Source: Eledone cirrhosa
Taxonomy: Eukaryota
NCBI GenBank assembly: GCA_964016885.1
Contig: OZ024765.1
Coordinates: 1,860,001-1,924,000, forward strand
Direction of reading: 5' to 3'
DNA length: 64,000 nucleotides
Of the stretch, positions 1-12,431 are shown piece by piece. A program made the translations under genes and the position numbers. The stretch's first letter is position 1; each line of letters begins with the position of its first letter. The notes beneath the pieces are model-generated. The model was not told the DNA's origin. It searched no databases and saw only the letters and a list, made by a program, of their open reading frames with translations.

Positions 1-590
1 TCTTGCATGTTGAAAAATAAACCTCATTTGGTCATTCCATGAGAGTATCTTGGTCAGCCTATGAAGGAGTTATGCTAGAGCTGTAAAATCTTGCATGTTG
101 AAAAATAAACCTCATTTGGTCATTCCATGAGAGTATCTTGGTCAGCCTATGAAGGAGTGATGCTAGGGCTGTGAAATCTTGCATGTTGAAAAATAAACCT
201 CATTTGGTCATTCCATGAGAGTATCTTGATCAGCCTATGAATGAGTGATGCTAGAGCTGTGAAATCTTGCATGTTGAAAAATAAACCTCATTTGGTCACT
301 CCATGAGACTATCTTGGTCAGCCTATGAATGAGTGATGCTAGAACTGTGAAATCTTGCATGTTGAAAAATAAACCTCATTTGGTCATTCCATGAGAGTAT
401 CTTGGTCAGCCTATGAAGGAGTGATGCTAGAGCTGTGAAATCTTGCATGTTTAAAAATAAACATCATTTGGTCCTTTCATGAGAGGATCTTGGTCAGCCT
501 ATGAAGGAGTGATGCTAGAGCTGTGAAATCTTGCATGTTGAAAAATAAACCTCATTTGGTCATTCCATGAGTGTATCTTGGTCAGCCTAC
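1..590 (+). repeat. 88-bp minisatellite (about 6.7 copies, runs off the window edge)
   Basis: Unit start tcttgcatgttgaaaaataaacctc recurs at 1, 89 and 177. Confidence 0.95.
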
Positions 591-1213
591 CCTCGTATAT
601 TATATATATCATTGAATTTGTTTTAAATACTTGCAGTGTCACTTCTCTGTGATTTGAGGGATATTTAGTCGCCATTTCTAGTATTTTTAACCGCTGAACA
701 GGGTTTTCATCAGTTTAGTGAGATATTCTAGGTTAAACTGTTGAAGATGACCATATTTGAGGGTTGTTCGACCAACGGGGTCGATAAAATAAAGTACCAG
801 TAATGCACTGGGTAATTGCTGGCCTTGTGCCTAAAGTAGAAACAATTATTATTAATATTTCAGTGGCTGCCATTTCTAGCATTCAGTAGACTCTTCGTTT
901 TAGTGTCTTTCATGTAAGGGAAACAACTCATTCAACTTACTATTTTGTAAAATTTTATCTTTCACTTTCCTAAGTTGCTTTCTTGATAACTTTCACAATT
1001 ATACAGATCATTAATTGAGATTTTGTAGGGATACTTTAAGGTCCCAGGTAGAAAGGGTCGCAGAAGTTGATAATTTTTCTAATCGACTAACACTGATTTT
1101 TCTGAAATCAGTGTTAGTCGTTTAGTTTACATATTGAGACCCACAATACACACAAACACACACACACACATATATATATATACATTTACATATATGTATA
1201 TATATATATATAA

Positions 1214-1274
<61 letters not shown>

Positions 1275-1312
1275 CATATATCTATATATATATATACATA
1301 GTTATATATACG

Positions 1313-1344
<32 letters not shown>

Positions 1345-1349
1345 CATAC

Positions 1350-1380
<31 letters not shown>

Positions 1381-1487
1381 CTTACATATATACATATAAA
1401 TATATATATATATATATACATACATAGATACATATATATACATATATATATATATACATACATATACATATATATATATACATATAC

Positions 1488-1533
<46 letters not shown>

Positions 1534-1537
<4 letters not shown>

Positions 1538-2593
1538 GCTGACCAGGATACTCTCATGGAATGACCAAATGAGGTTTATTTTTCAACATGCAAGATTTCA
1601 CAGCTCTAGCATCACTCCTTCATAGGCTGACCAAGATACTCTCATGGAATGACCAAATGAGGTTTATTTTTCAACATGCAAGATTTCACAGCTCTAGCAT
1701 CACTCCTTCATAGGCTGATCAAGATACTCTCATGGAATGACCAAACGAGGTTTATTTTTCAACATGCAAGATTTCACAGCTCTAGCATCACTCCTTCATA
1801 GGCTGATCAAGATACTCTCATGGAATGACCAAACGAGGTTTATTTTTCAACATGCAAGATTTCACAGCTCTAGCATCACTCCTTCATAGGCTGACCAAGA
1901 TACTCTCATGGAATGACCAAATGAGGTTTATTTTTCAACATGCAAGATTTCACAGCTCTAGCATCACTCCTTCATAGGCTGATCAAGATACTCTCATGGA
2001 ATGACCAAACGAGGTTTATTTTTCAACATGCAAGATTTCACAGCTCTAGCATCACTCCTTCATAGGCTGATCAAGATACTCTCATGGAATGACCAAACGA
2101 GGTTTATTTTTCAACATGCAAGATTTCACAGCTCTAGCATCACTCCTTCATAGGCTGACCAAGATACTCTCATGGAATGACCAAATGAGGTTTATTTTTC
2201 AACATGCAAGATTTCACAGTTCTAGCATCACTCCTTCATAGGCTGATCAAGATACTCTCATGGAATGACCAAACGAGGTTTATTTTTCAACATGCAAGAT
2301 TTCACAGCTCTAGCATCACTCCTTCATAGGCTGATCAAGATACTCTCATGGAATGACCAAACGAGGTTTATTTTTCAACATGCAAGATTTCACAGCTCTA
2401 GCATCACTCCTTCATAGGCTGACCAAGATACTCTCATGGAATGACCAAATGAGGTTTATTTTTCAACATGCAAGATTTCACAGCCCTAGCATCACTCTTT
2501 CATAGGCTGACCAAGATACTCTCATGGAATTACCAAATGAGGTTTATTTTTCAACATGCAAGATTTCACAGCCCTAGCATCACTCCTTCATAG
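1534..2593 (-). repeat. Same 88-bp minisatellite in inverted orientation (about 12 copies)
   Basis: Reverse complement of the 1-590 unit. Confidence 0.95.
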
Positions 2594-3363
2594 TGAGCCT
2601 ATGAACTTTTAAGCCTACCTTCGTATATGTAAACAATGTATTTATTTAATATACAAATAATTACTATGGCTACAGTTACAAAAATGTACAAAAAATACTT
2701 TAAATTCAGTTTTTAATTCATGCAACAATTGTGTCAATAGTTAAAGAAATTCGAAATCATTTTTGCACCCATTTTTGCGATTAAGTAAAGACGGAGTTAT
2801 CGTTCTTGAGATTTCGGCTCGGAGAAATTTGAGGAACTGATGTCGCTAAATCGCCAAATCATTTACCTGCCCCGTTGCATCATGGGAGCGTAATGGATGA
2901 ATTTTACTCGTTAAACGACGGCAGATTTTTTTATATCTTTCTCGCCACCTTGTCTCTTGTTTTATATAAGTAAATAATTAAAACAAATAATTTATTCTCC
3001 AACTCCCTTTAATCTTAACATTAAATTTCCGTGGTCCGGTGAGGGGTTAAGGTAAAGCAAAGGTAATCGTTAAACCGGTGTCACAATTAATGTTACCCCA
3101 TTATTCTCAAAACAATGTTGGATATTACGATTATGCTGAAGAGATAAAGTTTTATTTCTCGCCCATCGCTGTACTTAATGTATTTAGAATTAAATAAATA
3201 AATTTTAGTTTTTAATACTTGAAATATGTAAAACTTTCAGCATATCCCAGGTAGCATCGTGTTGGCTTCTGCAGTCTTTCGTAATGTAGTGAAAGGTTCA
3301 ATCTCGACCGGGTGTTGTAGAAATAATTTTACTTTTTAAACAGACAAATGGTATAATGTATAT

Positions 3364-3405
<42 letters not shown>

Positions 3406-3891
3406 ATATATGTATATACATGTATATATATGTATATATATATATACATATGTATATATATATATATACATGTATATATATGTATATACCATTTGTCTGT
3501 TTATATATATACATGTATATATATATATATATACATGTATATATACATATTTATGTGTATACACAGACACATGCATATATAAATATTTATATATACATAT
3601 ATATATTTTTATGTGTATAAATACATATATATTTATATACATATATTACATATTTATATATATATATATTTATATACATATATATATATATACATATTTA
3701 TATACATATATTTATATATATATACATATTTATATATACATATTTATATACATATATATATATATATATACATATTTATATATATATATTTATGTGTATA
3801 AATACATATATTTATATACATATATATATATATACATATTTATATCTATATTTATATATATATATACATATTTATATATATATACATTTAT

Positions 3892-3930
<39 letters not shown>

Positions 3931-3990
3931 TATATATATATATATACACATTTATATATATATACAAATATTTATATATATATATACACA

Positions 3991-4027
<37 letters not shown>

Positions 4028-5552
4028 TTATATATATATATATATATACATATTTATATATATACATATACATATTTATATATATACATATACACATTTA
4101 TATATATATATATACATATTTATATATATACACATGGAATAGAATGAAACGAAATTTCATTTCTCACTCTTAGTACGGCAGTTACTTAAATGTAAGTATG
4201 CATGTATGTATACGTACATACATATATGTATATATAAATGTAAGTATGTATGTATGTATACGTACATACATACATGTATATATATATGTAAATATGTACG
4301 TATGTACGCATACGTACATACATATATGTGTACAGACGTACAGTAGTATGTATATATATATATATACATACATACATACATACACACACATATATATATA
4401 TGCACGTATCGGTTTACCGAACATTTATTATAATGTTCGGTTTGTTTGTAAACAAACAAACAGCCCGAATTACACCGTACAGTGTTTAGGCAACCATGTC
4501 ACCTTTTAGTTCAACACTGACACAGAACGATGAACTAGTTTCAAGCTTATTAGCTGTAATTCGGGCTGTTTGTTTACAAACAAACCGAGCATTATAATAA
4601 ATGTTCGGTAAACCGATACGTGTATATATATATGTGTGCATGTATGTATATATATATACATACTACTGTACGTCTGTATACATATATGTATGTACGTATA
4701 CATACATACTTACATTTATATATACATATATATATTTATATAAATATACATATTTATATAAATATGTATGTATATGTATATATATATATGTTTAATGACT
4801 GAAAACAATAAAGAAATAAAAGACAAAATCACTTAGAATTTTTTTTTATTATTAATGAAATAATCTTTATTTACAATTTAAGAAAATATCTTTTTTTTCT
4901 CAGAGATTTTTCCTTCCACTTTCTGCCAGATTGCACACATTTTATGACTGTATGTATGTATATATATATATGTGTGTGTGTGTCTGTGTCTGTCTGTGTG
5001 TATATATATATAATTATATATATATATATATACATAGATGTATATATACATATATATATATATAATATACACACATATAAATATATATATATATACATAG
5101 ATGTATATATACATACACATATATACATAAATATACACATATAAATGTATATGAATAAATTTTTATATATAAGTATAAATAAGCACACATATATATATAT
5201 ATATATACACAATAGGCAGCAAATTAGTAAATTCTTAGAATGTCAGACAAAATCTTCTTCAGTGTTCTTTGAGGGTCTGTGTTCTCTGTGATTAAAATCC
5301 CTTGGAAATATATGTAACCCTTTAGCATTTACATTACTCTATATATACTATTGTATTTTCATGGTAAAGGCTTTATGAGATTTTGATATTATTTATTTTG
5401 AGAACAATAACTTAACCTTTTAGCATTCAAACTGGCTGTAACTGGCCAGAATTGTCTGACCTCTCTCTGTTCAAACCGGCTGTAACTGGCTTCTCATAAT
5501 GATGTTAAGGTATTGTTCTCAAAATAAATAATATCAAAATCTCATAGATTCG

Positions 5553-5795
5553 ATATTATGTGAGGTAAAGCCTTTACTGTGAAAATACAATAGTATATAT
5601 AGAGTAATGTAAATGTTATGTGAGATATTATGTGAGGTAAAGCCTTTACTGTGAAAATACAATAGTATATATAGGGTAATGTAAATGTTATGTGAGATAT
5701 TATGTGAGGTAAAGCCTTTACTGTGACAATACAATAGTATATATAGAGTACTGTAAATGTTATGCGAGATATGTGAAATAAAGCCTTTACCATGA
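5553..5795 (-). repeat. 72-bp tandem repeat, inverted relative to 6772-7230
   Basis: 24-codon periodicity in ORF 5534-5926. Confidence 0.9.
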
Positions 5796-5939
5796 AAATG
5801 GTAAAGGGTTAACATCAGTATGAGTGGCCAGTTTGAACAGAAAGAGGTGAGAGAATTCTGGCCGGATATGACCGGTTTAAATGCTAATGATGTGAGAGCC
5901 TGGATAATGTTGCTGAATATTCTCAAGCATGCAAAATTG

Positions 5940-6215
5940 TGGAGGTGTGTGGCCTAGTGGCAAGGGTTTTGAACTTACGATCAAAATGTCATGAGTTCGG
6001 TTCCTGGGCTGTGTTGTGTTCTTGAGCAAAACACTTCATTTCACGTTGCTCCAGTATACTCAGCTGAAAATAAGTACCAGTAATAGCTGGGAGTTTAACC
6101 CTGCGATGGACTGGTGTCCTGTCCAGGGGGAAGTCTTGTACTTTCAGTCGCTTCCCACATGGAAACCGGAATAAGCACCAGCCAAACGAGGCTTTTGGCT
6201 TGAGACAGTCTTTAG
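5940..6215 (+). mobile_element. tRNA-derived SINE with CORE-like and V-domain-like central segments
   Basis: A box tggcctagtgg, B box gagttcggttc, ttcttgagcaaaacactt, ctgcgatggactggtgtcctgtccagggg. Confidence 0.75.
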
Positions 6216-6758
6216 ATTTTTAGACTTTAGATGCAAATTCCCTGGCGCAAACTGCCTCATGGTCCAAGCAGACAATAAAGAAAGCATTACCTCAGAGGAT
6301 AGTAAGGGAGACATGTTGAAATACTTGTTCAAACTCGTGTTAAATTAGGTTATAAAAACCAGCTTTCTAAATCCCTCAGAATTCTTTATTATTTTCGAAA
6401 TGACTAGAAAATGCAAGGGCTGGGTCTTTCATTAGAAATATGGTAATGAAATGGTTAAAGTGTTTATATTTATCTAAAAACCTTCTTCCATCATAATTTT
6501 ATGTAAAAACCTTTCTTAAGTTATGTTCCAAACACCAGGTTAATATATAAAACAGTGTCTTTCATTAGAAATATGGTAATGAAAGGGTTAAAGACATAGA
6601 CAGTGTCTTTCATTAGAAATATGGTAATGAAAGGGTTAAACTTTAGTTCATCTGTGATTAAGCATACCTATGACCAAAGACGTTCCAGCTGTGACCATCC
6701 TGCCTTGTACTACAATATCTAATATGTTTCAACCTCCCCCTTTTACAACCAAACCACT

Positions 6759-7342
6759 TTAACCCTTTACCATTTACATTACTCTATATATACTATTGTA
6801 TTTTCACAGTAAAGGTTTTACCTCACATAATATCTCACATAACATTTACATTACTCTATATATACTATTGTATTTTCACAGTAAAGGCTTTACCTCACAT
6901 AATATCTCACATAACATTTACATTACTCTATATATACTATTGTATTTTCACAGTAAAGGCTTTACCTCACATAATACCTCACATAACATTTACATTACTC
7001 TATATATACTATTGTATTTTCACAGTAAAGGCTTTACCTCACATAATACCTCACATAACATTTACATTACTCTATATATACTATTGTATTTTCACAGTAA
7101 AGGCTTTACCTCACATAATACCTCACATAACATTTACATTACTCTATATATACTATTGTATTTTCACAGTAAAGGCTTTACCTCACATAATACCTCACAT
7201 AACATTTACATTACTCTATATATACTATTATGATGTTATTAATATTGAGAACAATCCCTTAACATCAGTATGAGTGGCTAGTTACAGCCAGTTTGAACAG
7301 AAAGAGGTGAGAGAGTTCTGGCCAGATATGTTAAAGGGTTAA
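6759..7342 (+). mobile_element. piggyBac-like non-autonomous element containing an internal 72-bp tandem array
   Basis: TTAA-CCCTTT at the left end and AAAGGG-TTAA at the right end, with about 6 internal copies of the 72-mer. Confidence 0.55.
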
Positions 7343-7619
7343 ACCACTCAGGATTTTTAATACAAAATTATTTATTTTAAAATGTCTATATACATATTAG
7401 AACCTTCCATCATAATTTTATTTCAGAAATATTTATCAAGTAATGTTTTAAATATCACTTAACTGAAATGAAAAAAACCTTACTTCTTCTTTGCCCAACT
7501 ATTCCTGAGAGGGTCCTGGGGGCAGAGTCCTCAAACCCTCCTTCCAGTGAGTCATACAGAACCTTCTACAGCAGGTCCCGAGGAACGCAGTCATATGTCT
7601 TTTCAAGATCAACAAAGCA

Positions 7620-8025
7620 AGCTATTTCTTGTTACCTGTCTGTAGTGCATTGCTATTTTTTTAGGGAGATTTGGCTGCTATTTCTAGCAATGTGTTATGG
7701 ACCTGCTATTACTATTTGAGGGAGATTTGGCTGCTATTTCTTGTAATCCGTCTGTGGTGCATTGCTATTTTTTTAGGGAGATTTGGCTGCTATTTCTTGT
7801 AACCTATCTGTGGTGCATTGCTATTTTTTTTAGGGAGATTTGGCTGCTATTTCTTGTAACCTATCTGTGGTGCATTGCTATTTTTTTTAGGGAGATTTGG
7901 CTGCTATTTCTAGCAACGTGTCATGGATGTGCTGTTACTATTTGAGGGAGATTTGGCTGCTATTTCTAGCAATGTGTCATGGATGTGCTGTTACTGTTTG
8001 AGGGAGATTTGGCTGCTATTTCTAA
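7620..8025 (+). repeat. Degenerate tandem repeat of about 60 bp (agggagatttggctgctatttc)
   Basis: Motif recurs about 6 times. Confidence 0.85.
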
Positions 8026-8509
8026 TAGAGGTTCCTGCTATTCTTAAGACTACATACTTTCCCATCTTACCAGTAAACTTCCCCACCTCCCCCCTCCTTT
8101 ACTGAGGGCCTTACAATTGCTAGAAATAACAGCCAGATACACATTTATGTATGTATGGTCCTGTAACTCCTGATAGAGTCATTGAGGCACTGTATTGACA
8201 TACAGCGTGGTGGAGCCCATCCCTCTCCAGGCCAGAGTAGAGCAGATTTCTTCCAGAGAAAGATAGAAAGTGAGAGAGAGGACATGATAAAGAGATATAG
8301 AGGAAGAACTGACCCCAGGACTTGACTGCTACTATATATATATACATATAAAATACAATATATAGGGGGAAAAGACACAGGAGAGTGGGTTTTTCTTTAC
8401 AGGAATTTCGAACCACCAGCGTGAAGAGAATATAAGCTACTAGAGGCATTGGTAAAACATTAAAATTAAAAGTATGAATTGAAATGAGAAACCATCCTCA
8501 CCTAAATCA

Positions 8510-8587
8510 CACATGTACACACTCACCCGGAGAATGTTTCGCCATTTAAGTGGGTTCCAATTCGGCCCTGTGGGTCATCAGCATGTG
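8510..8587 (-). ncRNA. Type I hammerhead ribozyme-like motif
   Basis: Minus strand reads CACAUG-CUGAUGA-(C)CCA..UGG(C)-GAAA-CAUUCUC..GAGUGUG-UA-CAUGUG. Perfect 6-bp stem I, intact core, GUA triplet. Confidence 0.7.
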
Positions 8588-8964
8588 GAAGGCCGATATT
8601 GTCCGCACTACTAGAGAAAACTAAAGTAAACTACCTTTTGCACGTGTAGACATAAGGGGAATGTATGCGCGGGGCACTTTCTTTTGAGCTCATTTAATTA
8701 CAGGATTATACGCGAGTCCTTTGCTCCGTTATTTTACTATATATATATAAATATATTTGAAAAAAAAAAAAGAATGACTTCACTTGTAGTTCTAAACAAT
8801 ATTTAATATTATAATATTATAGATCTACCAACTCATAAAATTATAATATTATAAAATTAAATCAAATTGTTTAGAACTACAAGTGAAGTCATTCTTTTCC
8901 TTTTTTTAAAATATACCTAACTGTACCAAGGATCTCACACATTTTCCAATATATATGACTGGCA

Positions 8965-9812
8965 ACTGAAGCTGGCTGTGGACAAGTGTACCACCATGCA
9001 TTTTGGGAGGAAAAATCCAGTGTCTACATACTCCCTCCACAACACTGATATCAAGAAGTCCTCTTGTGAATGTGACCTGGGCATTAGTCAGCAGCGATTT
9101 GCGTTGGACAAAGCATGTCTCTAAGATTGTCAAGAAGGCCAAGGGTGTCTTGGCATCACTCAGCAAGACCTTTGTTAGCCGCTCTCCAGCCATCTATTTA
9201 AAGCTGTATACAGCTATGGTACGACCACACTTGGAATTCGCATCATCAGTCTGGAACCCCTATCTTGCTCAGAACATTGACCGCCTGGAAACTGTTCAGA
9301 GATGTGCAACCAAGTGTATACCCTCCATCAGAGACCTACCATACTCTGAACGCCTTGCTTCCCTGGGCATGGATTCATTGAAGCTCCGACGTCTGGCAAT
9401 AGATTTGGTAAACACCCACAAAGTTATTAACCATCTCGCCAACAACAACCCTGAGCACCTTTTTGATCTCCATGTGTCTAACACACGTGGACATGCCTAC
9501 AAAATCAGAAAACAGCACAGTTCCCATGACTTTCGGAAACATTTTTTCACGCTTAGAGTTGCTGAAGCATGGAACAAACTACCTGCGTCAGTTGTTAGCT
9601 GTCGAGACACTGCATCCTTTAAGACACTCATGCTTCCCGAAATACGCCAAAACTACACCTGATGTCCCCCTTCCATACACATGCACACGTGTATATCATG
9701 ACTCATGCACTGTTCATTTTCCTGACGTTTGTATATTACCCTATGTACTATACATACACTTTTGATGAGTTGTAGTGCACCTGAGCACTGTACACAATAT
9801 TTCATTATTATT
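8965..9812 (+). mobile_element. 5'-truncated CR1-like LINE (ORF2 C-terminus plus 3' UTR)
   Basis: VRPHLEFASSVWNP..LETVQR..YSERL..TRGH..FFTLRVAEAWNKLP motifs, ending in an (att)n tail. Confidence 0.9.
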
Positions 9813-10275
9813 ATAATATATATATATTGCTGGCCTTGTGCCTAAAGTAGAAACAATTATATTATATATAAGTATTGAGGTTTCTCTTACAATTTCTTTT
9901 TTCAACATATATTATATCTGTATTTGTGGTCACAAATACACTGATATACTTGCCCTCATGTATGTACTTATGCACACATTTTTTCACTATACACATACAT
10001 TTGTACATACACACATATGTACATTTGTGAGTGAATATACACACATTTATACACATACCCTTACTATATTTCCTTATTTTATTTTTATATATCTCTTGCA
10101 TTACTTTTATTTATATATTTCTTTTGCCCGTTAAACTTTTGCCTTTCTTGAGGAGATTTTTCAAATATTTCACTGTTTTAAATTGCCTTGTCTGACGAAT
10201 GAGGACGTTTCTTGTATTCGTCTTATTCGGGAAACCTCTGGTAATGAGGTAATTATATTGTATTGTTTATTATAC

Positions 10276-10320
<45 letters not shown>

Positions 10321-10364
10321 AGAGATAGAGAGTGAGGAAGTGAGAAAGAGATATAGAGAAAGAA

Positions 10365-11102
10365 TTGACACCAGTACTAAACTGGTACTTTATTTTATCG
10401 ACCTCGAAAGGATGAAAGGCAAAGTTGACCTCGGTGGGATTTGAACTCAGAGAGTTGAGAGGTGGAATGAATACCGTAAAGTATTCTATCTGACGTTCTA
10501 ACCACTCCACCATTCTATCTGACGGCCTAACCACTCTACTATTATAACTGAAGTTCTAACCACTCTACTATTATAACTGAAGTTCTAACCACTCTACTAT
10601 TATAACTGAAGTTCTAACCACTCTACTATTATAACTGAAGTTCTAACCACTCTACTATTATAACTGAAGTTCTAACCACTCTACTATTATAACTGAAGTT
10701 CTAACCACTCTACTATTATAACTGAAGTTCTAACCACTCTACCATTCTATCTGAAGTTCTAACCACTCTACTATTATAACTGAAGTTCTAACCACTCTAC
10801 TATTATAACTGAAGTTCTAACCACTCTACTATTATAACTGAAGTTCTACCCACTCTACTATTATAACTGAAGTTCTAACCACTCTACCATTCTATCTGAA
10901 GTTCTAACCACTCTACTATTATAACTGAAGTTCTAACCACTCTACTATTATAACTGAAGTTCTAACCACTCTACTATTATAACTGAAGTTCTAACCACTC
11001 TACTATTATAACTGAAGTTCTAACCACTCTACTATTATAACTGAAGTTCTAACCACTCTACTATTATAACTGAAGTTCTAACCACTCTGACAATTCGCTG
11101 CC
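10365..11102 (-). mobile_element. Nin/Deu-domain-like tRNA SINE whose head is expanded into a 29-bp minisatellite (about 10530-11090)
   Basis: SINE body gcctttcatcctttcgaggtcgataaaataaagtacc (minus strand). Unit aagttctaaccactctactattataactg repeats about 19 times. The SINE 5' end resumes at about 11090-11102. Confidence 0.75.
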
Positions 11103-11544
11103 TCTAGTAAATATATTTACGTAAAGACATATTGGACAATGTAGACTTTGATATACATTAAAACATAGATAAAACACCCCGATCCCCCGAAAATAAACGT
11201 GACGGTCATGGTTGGAACGCCTTGGATCATAGGTCTGCTGGATCAGATATGACATGAGTGGAAACCACATCAACAACAATAAAAATAACAACAACAACAG
11301 CAATACGGTCAAGGAAGTTCACATCAGTAAGTGTAGTCCAAGATAGCCTTAAGTCTCAAGGAAGTTCACATTAAAATAATAATGATAATAATGAAATTAT
11401 TGTGTAAAGTGCTCAGGTGCACTACAACTCGTCAATATAGTACATAGAATAATACACAAATGTCAGGGAAGTACATGTGTGTATGTGTTAGCTGTAGTGT
11501 TGGCGGATCTCGGGAAGCATGGAGGCCTTAAAGGATAGTCTGCA

Positions 11545-11798
11545 AGTGTAGTCCGAGGTAGTCTTAAGTCTCAAGGTACTTCACTTCAGTAAATGTAGTC
11601 CAAGGTAGTCTTAAGTCAAGGAAGTTCACTTCAGTAAATGTAGTCCAAGGTAGTCTTAAGTCAAGGAAGTTCACTTCAGTAAATGTAGTCCAAGGTAGTC
11701 TTAAGTCAAGGAAGTTCACATTAGTAAGTGTAATCCGAGGTAGTGTTAAGTCTCAAGGTACTTCACTTCAGTAAATGTAGTCCAAGGTAGTCTTAAGT
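11545..11798 (+). repeat. Tandem repeat of about 45 bp (gtagtccaaggtagtcttaagtcaaggaagttcacttcagtaaat)
   Basis: About 5 copies, plus a related copy near 11310-11370. Confidence 0.85.
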
Positions 11799-11899
11799 TT
11801 AAAGAGGCAATATTTACAGCTGGGAACCATACTTAGTTTGCTAGAAATAGCAGTGAAAACTCCCTCAAATTACATAGTAGACTTCTCAATATTGTATTT

Positions 11900-12110
11900 C
11901 TATAACAGTGCTAAAACCTGCATGTGGGTGAACGGGAAGGACTTTGACTGGTTTCCCTATCAATACCAGGGTGAGACAGGGCTGTGCAGCTGCCCCCAAC
12001 CTTTTTAACTCTGTCATTGACTATCTGATGACCAAGGTTTGTGAGTGGTTGCTGGCGTTACCTTTGAGAATTAACACCTTACTGATGGGGAGTACGCGGA
12101 TGACACCACC
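11900..12110 (+). mobile_element. RTE-like LINE reverse-transcriptase fragment
   Basis: VRQGCAAAPNLFN followed by a frameshifted EYADDT. Confidence 0.8.
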
Positions 12111-12132
12111 CTATTCTAATGAAATACACTAC

Positions 12133-12370
12133 CTTCTTCTTTTTTCTTCTTTCTTGCCCACTTATTCCTGAGAGGTCCTGGTGGGGCAGAGTGCTCAAAC
12201 ACCCCCTTCAGTAGGTCCTGTCAGAAGCAACCGTCTCCAGCTCATCTGGCTGGATCCCCAAGCAAAACCAGCCAAGTTAATAGACGTTATCCAACCATCT
12301 TGCTTGGGGTCTACTGTTGGTCTCCTGTTTGTTAGTTTTGCCAGTAAAATACCGGCAGAGACACCACCTA
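12133..12370 (-). mobile_element. RTE-like LINE 3' end, with a related fragment at about 7483-7590
   Basis: Degenerate RP..RWLDNV...DRTY(W) C-terminus and a (gaa)-like tail. Confidence 0.6.
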
Positions 12371-12431
12371 TTTTTAAACAAATAATCTTGAAAATTGTTT
12401 CAAGGGATTTGCAATAAAATTAATTTTTTCG

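Noticed and set aside
9003-9662. 219-aa ORF as a host gene
   Set aside because: It is the C-terminal fragment of a CR1-like ORF2 lacking the RT core.
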